NCBI RefSeq assembly: GCF_964355755.1
Contig: NC_092676.1
Coordinates: 3,573,888 to 3,637,887 of the forward strand
Source of the DNA: Antedon mediterranea
Lineage: Eukaryota > Animalia > Echinodermata
Direction of reading: 5' to 3'
Length of the DNA stretch: 64,000 bases
Part shown: one piece after another, positions 37,701-50,945 of the stretch
Position numbering within the stretch: position 1 is the stretch's first letter
Layout: each line of letters begins with the position of its first letter
The notes under the pieces: generated by a model
Told to the model about the DNA's origin: nothing
Seen by the model: only the letters and a program-made list of their open reading frames with translations
The model's database searches: none
Made by a program: the position numbers and the translations under genes

Positions 37701-38480
37701 GGAGTTTGAATCCGTCTACTGGTTGGGCGATGGTAGCGGCAGTGTGGGTGGTGCCTGAATGCATGCATTTGACACTCTATAGTGGATGATCGACCAAAGT
37801 AGTGTTGCAGTTTATCTTTTTGTGGTTATTGTCGGGGTAGGGAGGGCGGGTGGGGGGGGGGTGGTAGTCGAAAGTGGTGGTGGATGGGCATGTGGGATCT
37901 ACTTAGGTTAGCAAATAAAAGAAGTAAAAAAATGAAAGAGGAGCTTCAAAATAAGAGAGGAGCTGCTTGTAGATTTTTAAATTACCCCAGTATTTTATTT
38001 TAGAAATCAATTATTAAACCTTAGAACTACCTATTTCTAATAAATCAGCTAAAAAAATACACCACTTTGGGCGTTATGGTGAAGTAAAATTTAGTTGCAT
38101 TTAACAATTTTAAAAAAGTGAAAAACACCCCTTTTTAAATAAATGGTATCTCCCAAAGTGTGAAAAAAAAAATAGAAACAGGTACACAATGCATTGTTAT
38201 TATGCATACACTAATTATTTTTTATAATTAAGTGAACAAAACAAAAATATCGTTCATCAAAGTAGTACCAATATCCATTTTAAAAAACCTTAAAAAGGAC
38301 AAAAATTGTCAAAAACACAAATTTGGCCGTTGCCATGGAAATATATGTGTAAAATAAAAAATACTTCATATTTGATTTCTCTCAACACATATATAGCCAT
38401 GTGCAAAATTTGAAAGAAATCCAATTTTTTGAGTCTGCCACTATTTTTGATATTTCTTTGATTCTTACAGACAATGGCTC
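34792..38480. mobile_element. Non-autonomous DNA transposon, Sola3-like (3.7 kb)
   Basis: Termini gagccattgtctgtaa / ttacagacaatggctc, TTAA duplication (34788-34791, 38481-38484), imperfect inverted similarity over several hundred bp, no transposase ORF. Confidence 0.8.
36546..37212. mobile_element. Tc1/mariner(pogo)-like MITE nested in the Sola3-like element
   Basis: TA|cagttgaacctcccgtaagtggcc left end, repeated ggccgcttacgggagg motifs, degraded right end. Confidence 0.6.
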
Positions 38481-41400
38481 TTAAGTTGTTTCATGTCTTT
38501 CTTGGTTTTCAATTGTCCGGGATACTTAATGTCTGTATTATGCTTATAAAGGGTGAGTAGGTCGTTGCTGAGAGTTATTGGTAGGGTGGTTCTCTGTCTT
38601 CCTCGAAATTTTATATTGGTAGTGTTGCTGAAATAATAGCGTATTGCTGTGTTGGCTGGTGTACATGGGTCTGTATGTGATGTGTAAGTATGTGACCCAA
38701 TAGTCTCCATCTTGCGTCGACTATTTCTAGTGAAATCGGTTTTGTTCCTGTCCTTCTGTATAAATGTATGTTCGATATCCTGTCTGGGAACCTGATACCT
38801 ATGATTTTGCGAAGTTGCTGTCTGTGAAATGTGTCGAGTTTATGTGCTTCTTCTTTTGTGAGTCCCCATGTTTCAGAGTTGTAGAGTAATATACCTTTAA
38901 CTAGTGAGTTGTACAGCTTGATACGTATTTTTAATTTGATTTTATCTTTTCGAAGCCACATCGAATTTAGTTTGGTCATTGCTACACGCGCTAGTTGTTT
39001 TCTTCTAATTATGTCTTGTCTGTCCCCCCAAGGCGCGATCCTACTTTTTTTCGTGTTTCTCCATTGTTCTTGTATGTCCTCTTTTTTCGTCTTACGATAG
39101 TGTGTTCTGTTTTTTCTTTATTTACATTTAAGTTGAAAGTTGATAGATGGCGTTCTAATTCGTTTACATTATCGCGAAGATGACGTCACCAAGGTGCATG
39201 CGAGTACAGTTGAAGTAAACGACGTATACGAATATATCGATACGCACAAAATGAAGTGTGCTAAGAAATAAAAGAGGAAAAACAGAACCAAACATTGAAA
39301 ACTGCATCAATAAATTCTACATCATAAGAGACATAAATAGATGCACTGTTTCCTATAATAACTTTAATCGATATAGTATAGCATTTACTTTAAAAATGAG
39401 AGAGAAGTTGATTAAAGGTTTTGATCTTTTATGGATCATAGTCCACAAAAGATCGAAACGTTGATCATGACACCCTCTCTTTATTTTGAGCGAAAAATTA
39501 TTTTCATGAGAAACTGTATTTTAAAGCAAAAACTTGTTTGTCTTTTTATAAGCGAAATCAATAATTTTTTTTCTGCGGAAGTAAAAACTTTATATAAACT
39601 TCATTTTATAGTGAAATCGCTGTTGTTAATCATTTGCAGACTACCTGTTCCCATCACGGGTGGCTCATAATCAATATGAGTATCTTTATCTTAAATAATT
39701 TTAGGCTTAGCAGAAACATCTTTAATCCATGGCAGAAATAATATACAGTAATCAATTGTTTGTTGGAAATAAATTGAATTAAATTATAGAGATGAACATT
39801 AGAGAAACTTCTGAATGCATATTTTTATATTTTTTTAAATAATATGTGTACGTGTATTTCATTCTGAAGACTTTTCAAAAATAACATTGCTTTACATTTT
39901 GTTCTTTCCATGTTTTTGTTTGGCGAAATATATAATATGACAATTATAAGATAAGGTAGGATTTATTAACAATGATTAGTAAGAATTAAAATATCTGCAA
40001 CAGATCCTATTTTGGCATACAATAAACAACAAAAATAAAAATTCACAAAATGATAACATCGACTGTCAAATTAGGGTTTACATGATGGTTCTTCATATTA
40101 TACTGCAATTTAATTTATATAAATTATAATATTATCAAAATCTATGAAAAAGTAAAATGTTGATGCACATTTTGCAGAATGTTTAGTTAACATCCATTTA
40201 AACTTACATATTCAAATATAATTGATTATAAAAACAACCTTCAACATGAAGGGAAAACATTAAAAGTGAAACCATTAATTTATTTTACTTTAGATTTGAC
40301 TTGCCTTTCGGTTCAATGCTCTGTATATTGCTTCGTTCACACGGAAGACAGAGCCGTTCAACCCCCTTTAACAAAGTTTCCAATATTTAACAGAACAGCG
40401 GCGTTTTCAACTTCGTGTGAATATAACTTAAAAATTGGGATCTAAAATTACAAATATTTACTTCAATTGAATATTCCGTAATACAGCATCACATTTGAAT
40501 AAAATGTATCTCCTAGTATATCATAGACCATAACCTAACCATTAACCTATAACCTTATTCATAATACAGACACCACTGTGGTGGTACACATGAGATGCTG
40601 TTTAATTCTAAATGTTCCTATGATACACCATGTCGTATGTAGAGATACTGCACTGAGAATCAGGTAGTTAATTAGACTGCTGATTTGGGTAATCAGCCAA
40701 TCACGAGGCTTAACTATATTATGGTTGATTTTTTGGAAATTTCTAAGCTATGAATTAAAGTTAAAATTGAAGGGATGTCTTCGGCTTTTGGGAATGTACC
40801 AATTTTAGTTTTCGGTCCTAAACATAGTGCCACAACATTCTATTTAACATTAGTACTCATAGCATAGAACTCAAATAAACGTTTATTTTATAAACTCACT
40901 TTGTACTTTATCAAATGAATTGTTTCACAAACAAAATTGTTGAAACTGAAACTTACTGGTAATAATTTAATCACCGAATAGTTGTCACGAACACATCAGG
41001 TGTGTCAAAGTTTTAAATGGAGGTTTTTTATTTGTTATTAAATCATTTTTCTGAAAAAGGTCTCTAACTAATGAATATTAGAAAATACTGTATGTTTTTA
41101 AGAAACTGTAGGTTTACAACTAAATTATTTTAAAAAGACCAACAACAAAAATGGAAGAAATAAAGTTTTGCTTATTAGTACGACTCTTTAACACATTACT
41201 GTTACTGTTCGAAATGTTACGGTCCGGTCTTGTATTTATTGTACGGATATCTTTATAAACTTAGATGACCTTCTTTATACTATGTCATGAAACATTTATA
41301 TCGATTTAACATGAAGAAACCGACGAAAACCAATCGGAAAAAAGTTTTAAAAAAAGGAAAACAAATACTAATCGGTGAATATTTATCTACATATATTGTT

Positions 41401-42209
41401 GAGTATAAAAAACTCTACAATAGGAAATATCCATTGAGGCCTATTTTATCACATTCCTTATCAGTGCAGAATAACCGTAAACCCCCTCCTCCCGCCTCCC
41501 CCACCTAAAAAAGAGTACAACAACCAAAGTATCACGAAATGTAAGAATAGTAAATATCTTTATTTAACATTTGGTACGACAGGAAAGATAAAGTTATGTA
41601 GAGTGTTTTAACAAATCACAGTCACGAATTACTCAGCATTTACAATTAAATTCTCACTAACCACGCCCCCGACTGATAAACGTATATCACGCCCTCTGGA
41701 GGAAAATTGACAATGTATTAGGAAAGTATTTTAAAGTATTACATCATTAATGTTGAATATTCAGTGGCGCTATTTCCTGGTATTTTATTTCTGCAGTAAT
41801 CAAGTGTACCGTATCTGGTGCTGAAGTAGACCATTCCAACTTATAAAACAACAAAATAAAGACACAAGTGCCAACGTTTAATGTTTGACTACGAATACAG
41901 GATCTAACCGTATAGGCCTACGAAGTTATTTAATATTGGATATAATGTTGGATTGAAGTGTTTATAAATTGAGTACCATTGCAGCATACGTGTGAACAAT
42001 CAAACATTATTTAATGTATAAAATACTGGTGTCTTTGAATCGTCGGAATAAGGAATATAATTTATAGGAATATTTGCGTAAATCTCAATTTGATAAGGAA
42101 GTTCCAATATTCGGGCATCAATCGAGGTGCTTGAATCAGTACTGTACTATTCCTATTATAACAACGCGTGGGAACATCAATCGTCTTATGATATCTAATA
42201 TTGACTACA

Positions 42210-44056
42210 ATGTTTATAATGGCTCATCATCAACATTGTACATTGCTGTTTTTCAAGTGCCTGGTTATATTGTATAGTATTTTCTACTGCTGTGCACAAT
42301 CCTATACTTTTACAAAACATCCAAAACATGTTCTCGTTGGGAAGGGACAAACAGCAACGTTATCGTGTAAATGGACACCGGCATTGTATGACACTCATGT
42401 CATTTTCTGGTCATCGTTTTATGAAAGAAGGTCTAAAAGAATTGATACTTCTACTAGTACTACTTCAAAGTACAATTTAACAAATAAAGCAACATCGTCA
42501 TATCTTTCTGTTTTCAATGTTGATTACAATGATGTAGGAAACTACAGGTGTGATATCTCGAAAGGTGGTGGTTTATACAGTCTTTCTGAACTTGCATCTG
42601 TAGTTCTAGGAGAAACAGTGTGCGATCCAAAAAATGGCAATGGTGAGATTGGAACAACGCTGACATGTTCTTACTTTACTTCTTATTATTCACGTGATAT
42701 TGATTTACATTGGTATAAAGACAGGAAACATATTAGGTCCGATGTTAAAAATTATGTTATAAAATCAGGAGCCTTGACTGCCGAAGACGATGGAGCTGTA
42801 TTTACTTGTAAAGCCACCACTGGAATCCAAAATCAAGTGATAGGAACTTGTGAAATTACGCCGCTTGACTATTGATGCAGAGATCGAACAATCACCGCCA
42901 GGTCCACTTCATGTTGGTGATAGCTTTACCCTTACCTGCTCATGGAAAGGTAATCCTGAGTATTATAATTATACATGGACGTGGGATAACAAACCTGTAG
43001 GATCGTCACCAAATGAAAGACGATTTTCAAAAGATAATGTGCTTACTGTGAATAGTGTTGCAAATGGCAAAAAAGTTACTTGTACTATTAGTCGCAGTGG
43101 TCGTAACAGCAGCATAGCAACCTATACAGTGAACGTTACAGAGCAAATGACTACACGTTTGCAGTCGACATCTGGTACACCTACCCGCAACTCAATTACA
43201 CGTCATGTAACAACCAAAGTCCCTGTCGACACTAGGTACACGTACGTACAAGTCAATTACAGACCTATCAGAAACTAATATCCAGGATATTAATTCTACA
43301 ATAGTAATCATTGTCATCATTGGCGTAGTTGCGATAGCTCTTGTGAGTTTGATAACAGCATTTATAATTTACTTTTTAAAGAAAAGGCAAAAGAAACAGT
43401 ACGACAAAGAAGAGACAAAACCAGAAAATGTACCATTGAAAGAACCAGTTTACGGTAAAACTGAACAAAACATTAACAGTTCTGAAATAGATAATGACCT
43501 TCTGTGTGAAAATGTGGAGACAATGTACGCAGAACCTGACATGTCAGCAAATGGGTGCCATGTTAAATATGACACACCACAGAATGCAGTAAACATTGAT
43601 AAAACTGATGATTCTTTAGGTAAGCCAATGAAACCTAATGAAGCAAGTGATGCTAAGCCGGGAAAAACGACAAGTGCCGAAAGTACAGATGAAATACAAG
43701 TAAAACCGATCAAGTCCCGCAGTAAAGAAATTATTGAAGATCTGTATTCTAAGCCCAACAAACGGAATGCGAAAACGCCGATCGAGGCCCAAAGTAAAGA
43801 AATTCTTGAAGATCTGTATACTAGGCCTAATAAACCGACTGCAAGCAGACCGACTAAGGCCCACAACGTTGAAGATCTGTATTCTAAGCGTAACAAACCA
43901 ACGACAAGAATACCAGAAACTGTGCACGAAGATCCTACTAAGAAAAATGTAGAAGGCTTAACGTACGCAGAAATAGAGTTTACAAGCGGTATGTTCCCAG
44001 CCCCTGAACCACAGGACTACGGGCTTGATTACGCAACTGTACAGATTAAAAAGTAA
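42210..44056 (+). pseudogene. Doubly frameshifted IgSF receptor, tail class D (complete ITIM end)
   Basis: 5-bp deletion at ~42866 and a second shift at ~43200-43260; tail has EDLY(S/T)xxNK x3, LTYAEI and LDYATV. Confidence 0.85.
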
Positions 44057-45021
44057 CGTAATATTGTTACGTAACCGTTACGTGTATAGTACTTACCGCT
44101 TACGTTGCAATACTTTTTAATACGTTTATCAATAACACATGTTGTAGAAATCAATATTAATCAATTATCGGTATGTGACGTAACCGTTTGGTCAAATCGT
44201 TTGTGACAGTTTTCTGCAATGTGTTTGTAGGCCAAAGATTAAAACAGAAGGTAACGTCTCCAGCTACCTCCATGAAGGATTAGATTTAATTTAACAGACT
44301 ATCACAACCGAGAACCATATTTTAACAACGTATTCATGAGGTAGATTTTGCCATGCACTTGTGACGTCAAAGTAATTTATGGAGACGGTTGTAAGGCGAT
44401 CTCGTGCGGCGATATCGTAAATCTCGCGATTGTTCTGACATCATATGTACATCCCTAATACGATGTTCTCGGTCAAGTTGTCTTTTAACGCGGATTGCTG
44501 TGAGTTGTTTCTGTAACTTTGTATACAGTTTTTTCTGTAACTTTGTATACAGTTTTTTTTTCTGTAACTTTGTAGGTATACAGTTTTTCATATTGATATA
44601 AAGTACCATAATATTCTATGTTAATTTTCTTTGATAAATGAATACATAAATAGGATGCATTACAACAACTATATAAATACACGTTATCACTTGTTGGTAA
44701 TTGTAAATATTAAATGTAAAGTCAAATAACTCAAGGAAGTACAGGAAACAATTAGCAACAGTTATGAGTTATATAAACACTAATATGAATGTACGAGGTT
44801 AGAGATTGGTGGTTACATTAATTCCCTTTCTGTCGATGGTACTTTGGACAATTCTCCCCGAGTGTTCAATAAGTCGGACTTCCGGAAAAAAGTAATTCAA
44901 CATTACAGCAATTCCTACATGATCAAAAAAAAAAAAAGAAGAAAAATGAAATAATTGAAAAAGTTAAAAAATTAGTTGGAGATTGATGGTTACTTTACTG
45001 TGGTAATTCGTTCAACTCTTA

Positions 45022-45148
45022 AGCTCTGTCTACACTAGTTTGACAAAAAAGGTGTGATATTCCCAAATATGGTAGTGGTATATCATGTCCATATATGGGC
45101 CCTTCACATTTTTTTTGTCACATAACATTTGATATTGTAAACAAAGCT
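45022..45148. mobile_element. Harbinger-type MITE (duplicate of 22560)
   Basis: Same termini and flanks as 22560-22714. Confidence 0.75.
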
Positions 45149-46010
45149 TTACTGTTTAAAAAAAATGACCCACATTTTTCATTTATTTGAAATTCATATA
45201 CAATTTAGATTTCAAAGATTTTTTTGTTATCTTTTGTGGTTCACCACCACATTTATTCATTCAATGTTTCATTAGGGCCTACACAATTTGTTACCATTAT
45301 TTTCTGTTTTTCCTCATTAATATCATAATTTTAACCTTTAGTATCATCATTAATAAACATTCATTTGTTATTTTGTTTTCTGAATTACTAAACATTAATA
45401 TACAGAGTATTTACTTCTTAACATTCTTTTTTTTGCTAAATCTTCTATTTACAAAACCAATTGTATATTAATTAAATACTTAGATTTCAAAGATAAAAAC
45501 ACACAAAGTAACGCAAAAGGTTCAAGAATTTTTTTTAGCTTGTGGTTCGTCAATATCTATACGATTGCACTGCGGTAATGTACCGGTACTGCAATGGTAA
45601 CAAGTTAAAACCAAACCAACTTCTCTTTCTCGATACTGGAGTAAAACTACAATTTATAACGCCTTCGATTTAAATTCCAAAAGGTAAAACAATGTTGTTT
45701 TTGCTTTAGATTTTCTATCGTGGTTCATCAATTGCACGGTAATGTACCGGTATTACTGGTAATAAGTTAAAACCAAACCAATTTCTCTTTCTCCATACTG
45801 ATAGTAAACTCTAATTGAAAGACTAAAACTAACTCCTTCGAGGAAGCAACGGCAATGGAAATTAAAGGGCGACAAATTTTACTTAATTCGTTTTTTATGA
45901 CATTAAATGGTCGCACAGACACTTCTGTTCATCTATTCATAGCAAAAAACTATTCAAAACAAACAAATTACGAAAACAGTAAGCCCTAATAAGGAAACAA
46001 GAGCATATAA

Positions 46011-46160
46011 AGCCCTGTCCACACTATGTAACTTTATGTAAAAAGTTATTGCCCATAAACGGACATGATGATGTCACATCACTACCATATTTGGGCATAC
46101 CACTACCATGGGCACATCACACTTTTGTTGTCAAACTAGTTCGATAGTGTAGACAGAGCT
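46011..46160. mobile_element. Harbinger-type MITE (duplicate of 23551)
   Basis: TAA|agccctgtccacacta...tagtgtagacagagct|TAA. Confidence 0.8.
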
Positions 46161-46409
46161 TAATGCTGGTTGGACCAAAAATAGATCGGAAATGAAAAAT
46201 CGGAACATAAAGGCTTGCTTCTAAATGTTCTCTATGTCTTGTCGTCACTTGGAAGGTAAACATATTATTATGTACACTACTCTCCCAGGCTAGGTCACTG
46301 CGTATATTGTTACAGTATTTCTATCTATGTTCAGTATTATATACTTTCTTATTTACATACAACCTGTCCTATTGGTATATAAGTACTCTAGGCGTTGTTT
46401 TCTGTTCTT

Positions 46410-46442
46410 CTGATGATGAGAATTGTTTCTCGAAACATGTCA
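46410..46442 (+). ncRNA. Minimal hammerhead motif (duplicate of 23948)
   Basis: Identical ctgatgatgagaattgtttctcgaaacatgtca. Confidence 0.55.
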
Positions 46443-47091
46443 CATTTTAAGGCAGTTTGCCTATTCGTTAAATGCCTCGCTATACTCATATTAACTCGTA
46501 AGTTCGGTGGAATCATTCATGATTTATCTATTATATAATATGATTGTATGATTACCGTTATTTTGATATTAGTAAATGAATTTAGAAATACCTCTTTACT
46601 AAACGAATCGGAATAAAATAAAACTGAGATAATAACAGAAGCTGTGCGTGTGAAGTATACAACAACAGTGTCAAGGTAAAACATCCAAGTATTTTCATTT
46701 CGATTGGTTTGTTAAAAATGTCTAAATTCCTAATCCGGAGGTATTGAAGTAAATAAACACTGTATGGGGCATCATTGCATTATCACTGGATAACATACCA
46801 CACAATATAATAATAACACATATGCAACAATCTTCTAAAATAACTTTATAATCGGATAAACAATTATTTCTATATGATTGGATATTGTATTGGGCACAAA
46901 TGAAATCATATCGCGTGAGGCTTTAGTAATAATGTCTTTCAAAAGAATGCGTTAAAACATCAACTATTCTTACATTGTAGTCATTACCATAAATGATTGG
47001 AATCTACAATAGTCCTAAACAATCTCAATTTTGGTAAGGAAGTTACTTTAAACCGATCAAAAGCAATATTTGAGAATTGACATTCACAAGA

Positions 47092-48807
47092 ATGGCTCAT
47101 TCTCAATATTGGACATTGCTGTTCTTCAAGTTTCTGATTATATTTCATATATCTCACTGTTGTCATGCGCAGTACTACAATTTTACAGAACATCCACAAT
47201 CGGTTCTCGTTGCAGACGGACAAACTACAACGCTATCGTGTGAATGGACACCAGCATTGAATAACAACCATCTCGTAACATGGAAATACGATCGTGTTAA
47301 TAGTCCTAAACGAATTGAAATTTCAGATACAAAATACGCATTAATGAACGAAGCAACATCTTCAAGTCTTTCCATTTCTAATGTTGGCTCTGGTGACGTA
47401 GGCAACTACATTTGTGAGATCTTCGAATGTGATTCATACAACAGTGTCTCATCTTCTACATTTGCTTCTCTAGTATTAGGAGAATTGATATGTAATCCGG
47501 AGAATATTGTTGATATAGGAACAACGCTGATATGCTCCTTCACCTCTTCTGATAATTCATATATTATTAATTTACTATGGTATAACAACGGTAAACAAAT
47601 AACTTCGGGACAACAACAAAACAATGATTTAGAATCAACGGCTCTGACTGCCGAAGACGAAGGAGGTGTATTTACTTGTAAAGCCACCATCGGATTTCAA
47701 AGTCAAGCGACAGGAACTTGTGAAACTAATCCACTAGTATTTCCAATAGATGCAGAGATTGAACAATCACCACCAGGTCCACTTCAGGTTGGTGATAGCT
47801 TTAATCTTACCTGCGTAGGGAAAGGTAATCCTGAAAATTATAATTACGAATGGACGTGGAATAACAACCCAGTAGAATCTATGACAGATAGTCGATTTGC
47901 AATTGGCAATATGGTTATTGTGAATACTGTATCAGGCAGTGACAATGGCAAAATGGTTTCTTGTACTATTAGTAGTAGTGGTTACAGAAGTATAGCGAGC
48001 TATACAATAAACATTTTGGATCAGACGTCGAGTACAACTACAAGTATGTCGACACCAGATAGGCCTACACGTACGCAAAAACCAATTACGGCGGTCAGAC
48101 TCACAATACCTGATGACCCGGATGACATTTCAACAACAGTAATGACTACACGTTTAAAGTCGACACTAGATACACGTACGCAAAAACCAATTACGGTCAG
48201 ACTCACAACACATAATGTTCCGGATGACATTTCAACAACAGCAATGACTACACCAGGTACACGTTTGCAAAAACCAATAACACATCAACTCACAACACAT
48301 AAAGTCTCGGAAGACGTTTCCGCAACAGTAGACCTAATGAATACACGTTTAAACACAACACTTGTTACTGTAACGCGTTCTATTACAGAAATCCTAACGG
48401 TTGTAATTATCGTAGTTGCAATTTTACTCGTCGTTTCTTTGATAATAATAATAAGCCTATGTGTTTATTTGCAAAAAAGAAAAAAGAAAAACACAACTCC
48501 TTCAAATCGACTGTCAAATAATCTTGAGCACGTTTACTATTCCATTACGTCATCTAGCGCACACGTGACCTCGACAGCCAGTAACACTAAGTATGATTAT
48601 GTCATACACCCGTTCACACGCAATACGGAAGAATCCACTCCTGAGTACCTTGAATTGGACGATGGTTTCCAAGATGGCGCACCAAAATCAGCAAGTAATA
48701 CAGCCGCTGATTACGATGATGTTGCATCGGAACAAACAGATACTAATAACAAAGAGTACAAATACGAAAACGGTATGCTGCGGGATAAAGGTATCAGAGA
48801 GACATAA
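47092..48807 (+). CDS. Single-exon IgSF receptor, class E, long mucin-like stalk
   Basis: Uninterrupted ORF; repeated QKPIT..RLT...DDISTT stalk units; tail YDYV, YLEL, YDDV, YEN. Confidence 0.9.
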   Translation: MAHSQYWTLLFFKFLIIFHISHCCHAQYYNFTEHPQSVLVADGQTTTLSCEWTPALNNNHLVTWKYDRVNSPKRIEISDTKYALMNEATSSSLSISNVGSGDVGNYICEIFECDSYNSVSSSTFASLVLGELICNPENIVDIGTTLICSFTSSDNSYIINLLWYNNGKQITSGQQQNNDLESTALTAEDEGGVFTCKATIGFQSQATGTCETNPLVFPIDAEIEQSPPGPLQVGDSFNLTCVGKGNPENYNYEWTWNNNPVESMTDSRFAIGNMVIVNTVSGSDNGKMVSCTISSSGYRSIASYTINILDQTSSTTTSMSTPDRPTRTQKPITAVRLTIPDDPDDISTTVMTTRLKSTLDTRTQKPITVRLTTHNVPDDISTTAMTTPGTRLQKPITHQLTTHKVSEDVSATVDLMNTRLNTTLVTVTRSITEILTVVIIVVAILLVVSLIIIISLCVYLQKRKKKNTTPSNRLSNNLEHVYYSITSSSAHVTSTASNTKYDYVIHPFTRNTEESTPEYLELDDGFQDGAPKSASNTAADYDDVASEQTDTNNKEYKYENGMLRDKGIRET

Positions 48808-49944
48808 CAAAATAAAGTACACAACTATCAATTTTCTACGCATGTATTGGAACTACGATTACGTCACATTGGTGCGTACACGGCGTTGTTTGCTGATGAA
48901 CGAGTCAATCGTGTACGAAAACTGTCTGATTTATATCTAAAGCAAACGTTAGAAGCATACAGTATGAAACTTAATCAAATCAATCCAATCAATCATTGTA
49001 TAGAAACAACTATCCCCACATAGGTCTTGTTTAACATATAACATATCTGCCAAGATAAACAAGTAAATTGTAATTCTCATTATAATGGACTGTAACATGG
49101 ATCTAGTTTAAGTTTTAAAAAGGATATGCTTTTAAATAAATTGTTATATAATATTATAACATTTATTGTATATAAACCACTACCACCACCATGGTCTAAT
49201 ATAAATCTAAATAAATAAGTGTACAGTTATATGCATTTAAAAACGAGTAAACTGTAGGCCGTTAGGCGTTATAGCAAAACATTAATTAAGCTTGTATAGA
49301 CGCAACAAAAGCGAATTGACCAATGACAAGCGACAGTTCGAATAATACATTGCTTATGATTGGTCAAATCATTTACGTTGCGTTACGTCCTTGTGTTGCG
49401 TCTCTAGTGAGAACCAAGCATTAGGGGGAAAATGTACGCAATATTAGTACAAAATTATATATTAGGAAGGAAGGAATATAGATGTACAGATTATGTTTAA
49501 ATAACATAGTATAAAATGACTCCAAGTAACGAGAGGAAAGCCATGAATAAACGTTATACTTATTTGATCATCATCAGGAATCGATGATCAAATAAAGATT
49601 GAAACGTTCAATCATGGCTTGCCTCTCCTTATTACTTAAGAAAACAACAACACTAGATTATTAACGAGCAATACGACAAGAATAACACAGGAATTAGGAA
49701 GGCAGGAAGTTTTACGAAACTATTTTAAAATGTATTGGTTTATCAAGTTGTCCGGTATCGTGTTTTGTTTTCACTTTCATTATGTTTCTAAGTGTACAAT
49801 GAACGAATAAAATAATGCCAGTCAATTATCTATCAATATATTATTGGTTAAGGAAACGAATTATAATATAAGTACCCTCCTAAATGATATTATGTAGGAA
49901 TATACAAACTTTCATTGTCTACAAAGTTTAATAGTTCACCCTCA

Positions 49945-50110
49945 ACATTGGACAACAACATATGTTGTTTTACAAATGCTTGATTATATTTAATTATTAT
50001 ACACTTGTTAAAAACCACCGATATCGGTTATCGTTGCGAAAAGACAAACACCAACGTCATCGTGTGAATGAACACCAGAATTATATACAAACGATGCAAT
50101 ATCTGAAATA
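49945..50110 (+). pseudogene. Decayed Ig1 fragment (duplicate of 27165)
   Basis: SVIVAKRQTPTSSCE* from 50024. Confidence 0.7.
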
Positions 50111-50945
50111 GACGCAAACTCCACCTGGTATAGAGGGTGAGGGGGGCAATTTAGAAATCCAGAAACAAACTAAACATAAATATATGTATAATATGTTTCC
50201 ATCTAATTGTAGCCTTACGTTAATCTAGTCAAACTAAGTGTTCAATGCTTAAAAAACAAAGGAGGGGCCAATGCGGGGTTGGGGGGGTTACACATTTACT
50301 GTCATTACACCTAGAGGTCTACTTCTGCAGCCAAATCTTGTTCTTTAGTTTAGAAAATCAAATCGTAAACCACGCTCTCTAAGAGAAGACAGACATTTAA
50401 TCAGTAATTGTATCTTTTCATTAAAAAACAATATCTTTCTACATATATTTAAATCAATAGTATGTTTAAATTACTGTATTTGACAATGCAGTGTTAATGT
50501 TCAGAATTGTGTAATTCTTATTCTTGTCAGCATTTATCAGGTATTCCTGCCGTGTGTGGCAGCAGACGGCAACTTACATAAAAAGAAAAAAAGAAACAGG
50601 AATGATCCAACGATGTTGGTTTTGTTATACCTCCATGATCCAACGTTTTAGTTCTAAGTTACTCTATAGGGGGCGGTATGCATTATTACTAGTTTTGCCT
50701 ACAGAATGGAATACGTTAACATAACTTGATACAGGTTACGTAGTTGATGCTAATATCACTTTAGCAGGAGTACGACTGAGTGTTACCGAGTATTACTTGT
50801 ACCAACGTGTACAGCAATTATTTATACAATATTAAGGAATACAGTATCTTTCAATTTGGTATACAATTCTGGACATTTATTATTCGTATAATCTTGAATT
50901 TGATAAGTAAGTAAATCGATTCCGGAACTTAACCGTCGAAGTGTA

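Larger units (their letters stand above)
34671..39170 (-). mobile_element. 5'-truncated RTE-like non-LTR retrotransposon, split into 34671-34791 and 38485-39170
   Basis: IKLYNSLVKGILLYNSETW..LDTFHRQQLRKIIGIRFPDRISN..WRLLGHIL and RGRQRTT; continues LANERSDWEKLVKEIY..RQ* plus (TAA)n on the far side of the nested element. Confidence 0.85.

Noticed and set aside
44305-44590. Small insertion with accgagaac/gttctcggt inverted ends and a ~22-bp x3 repeat
   Set aside because: A real difference from the 21600 paralogue, but termini and TSD are too unclear to classify.
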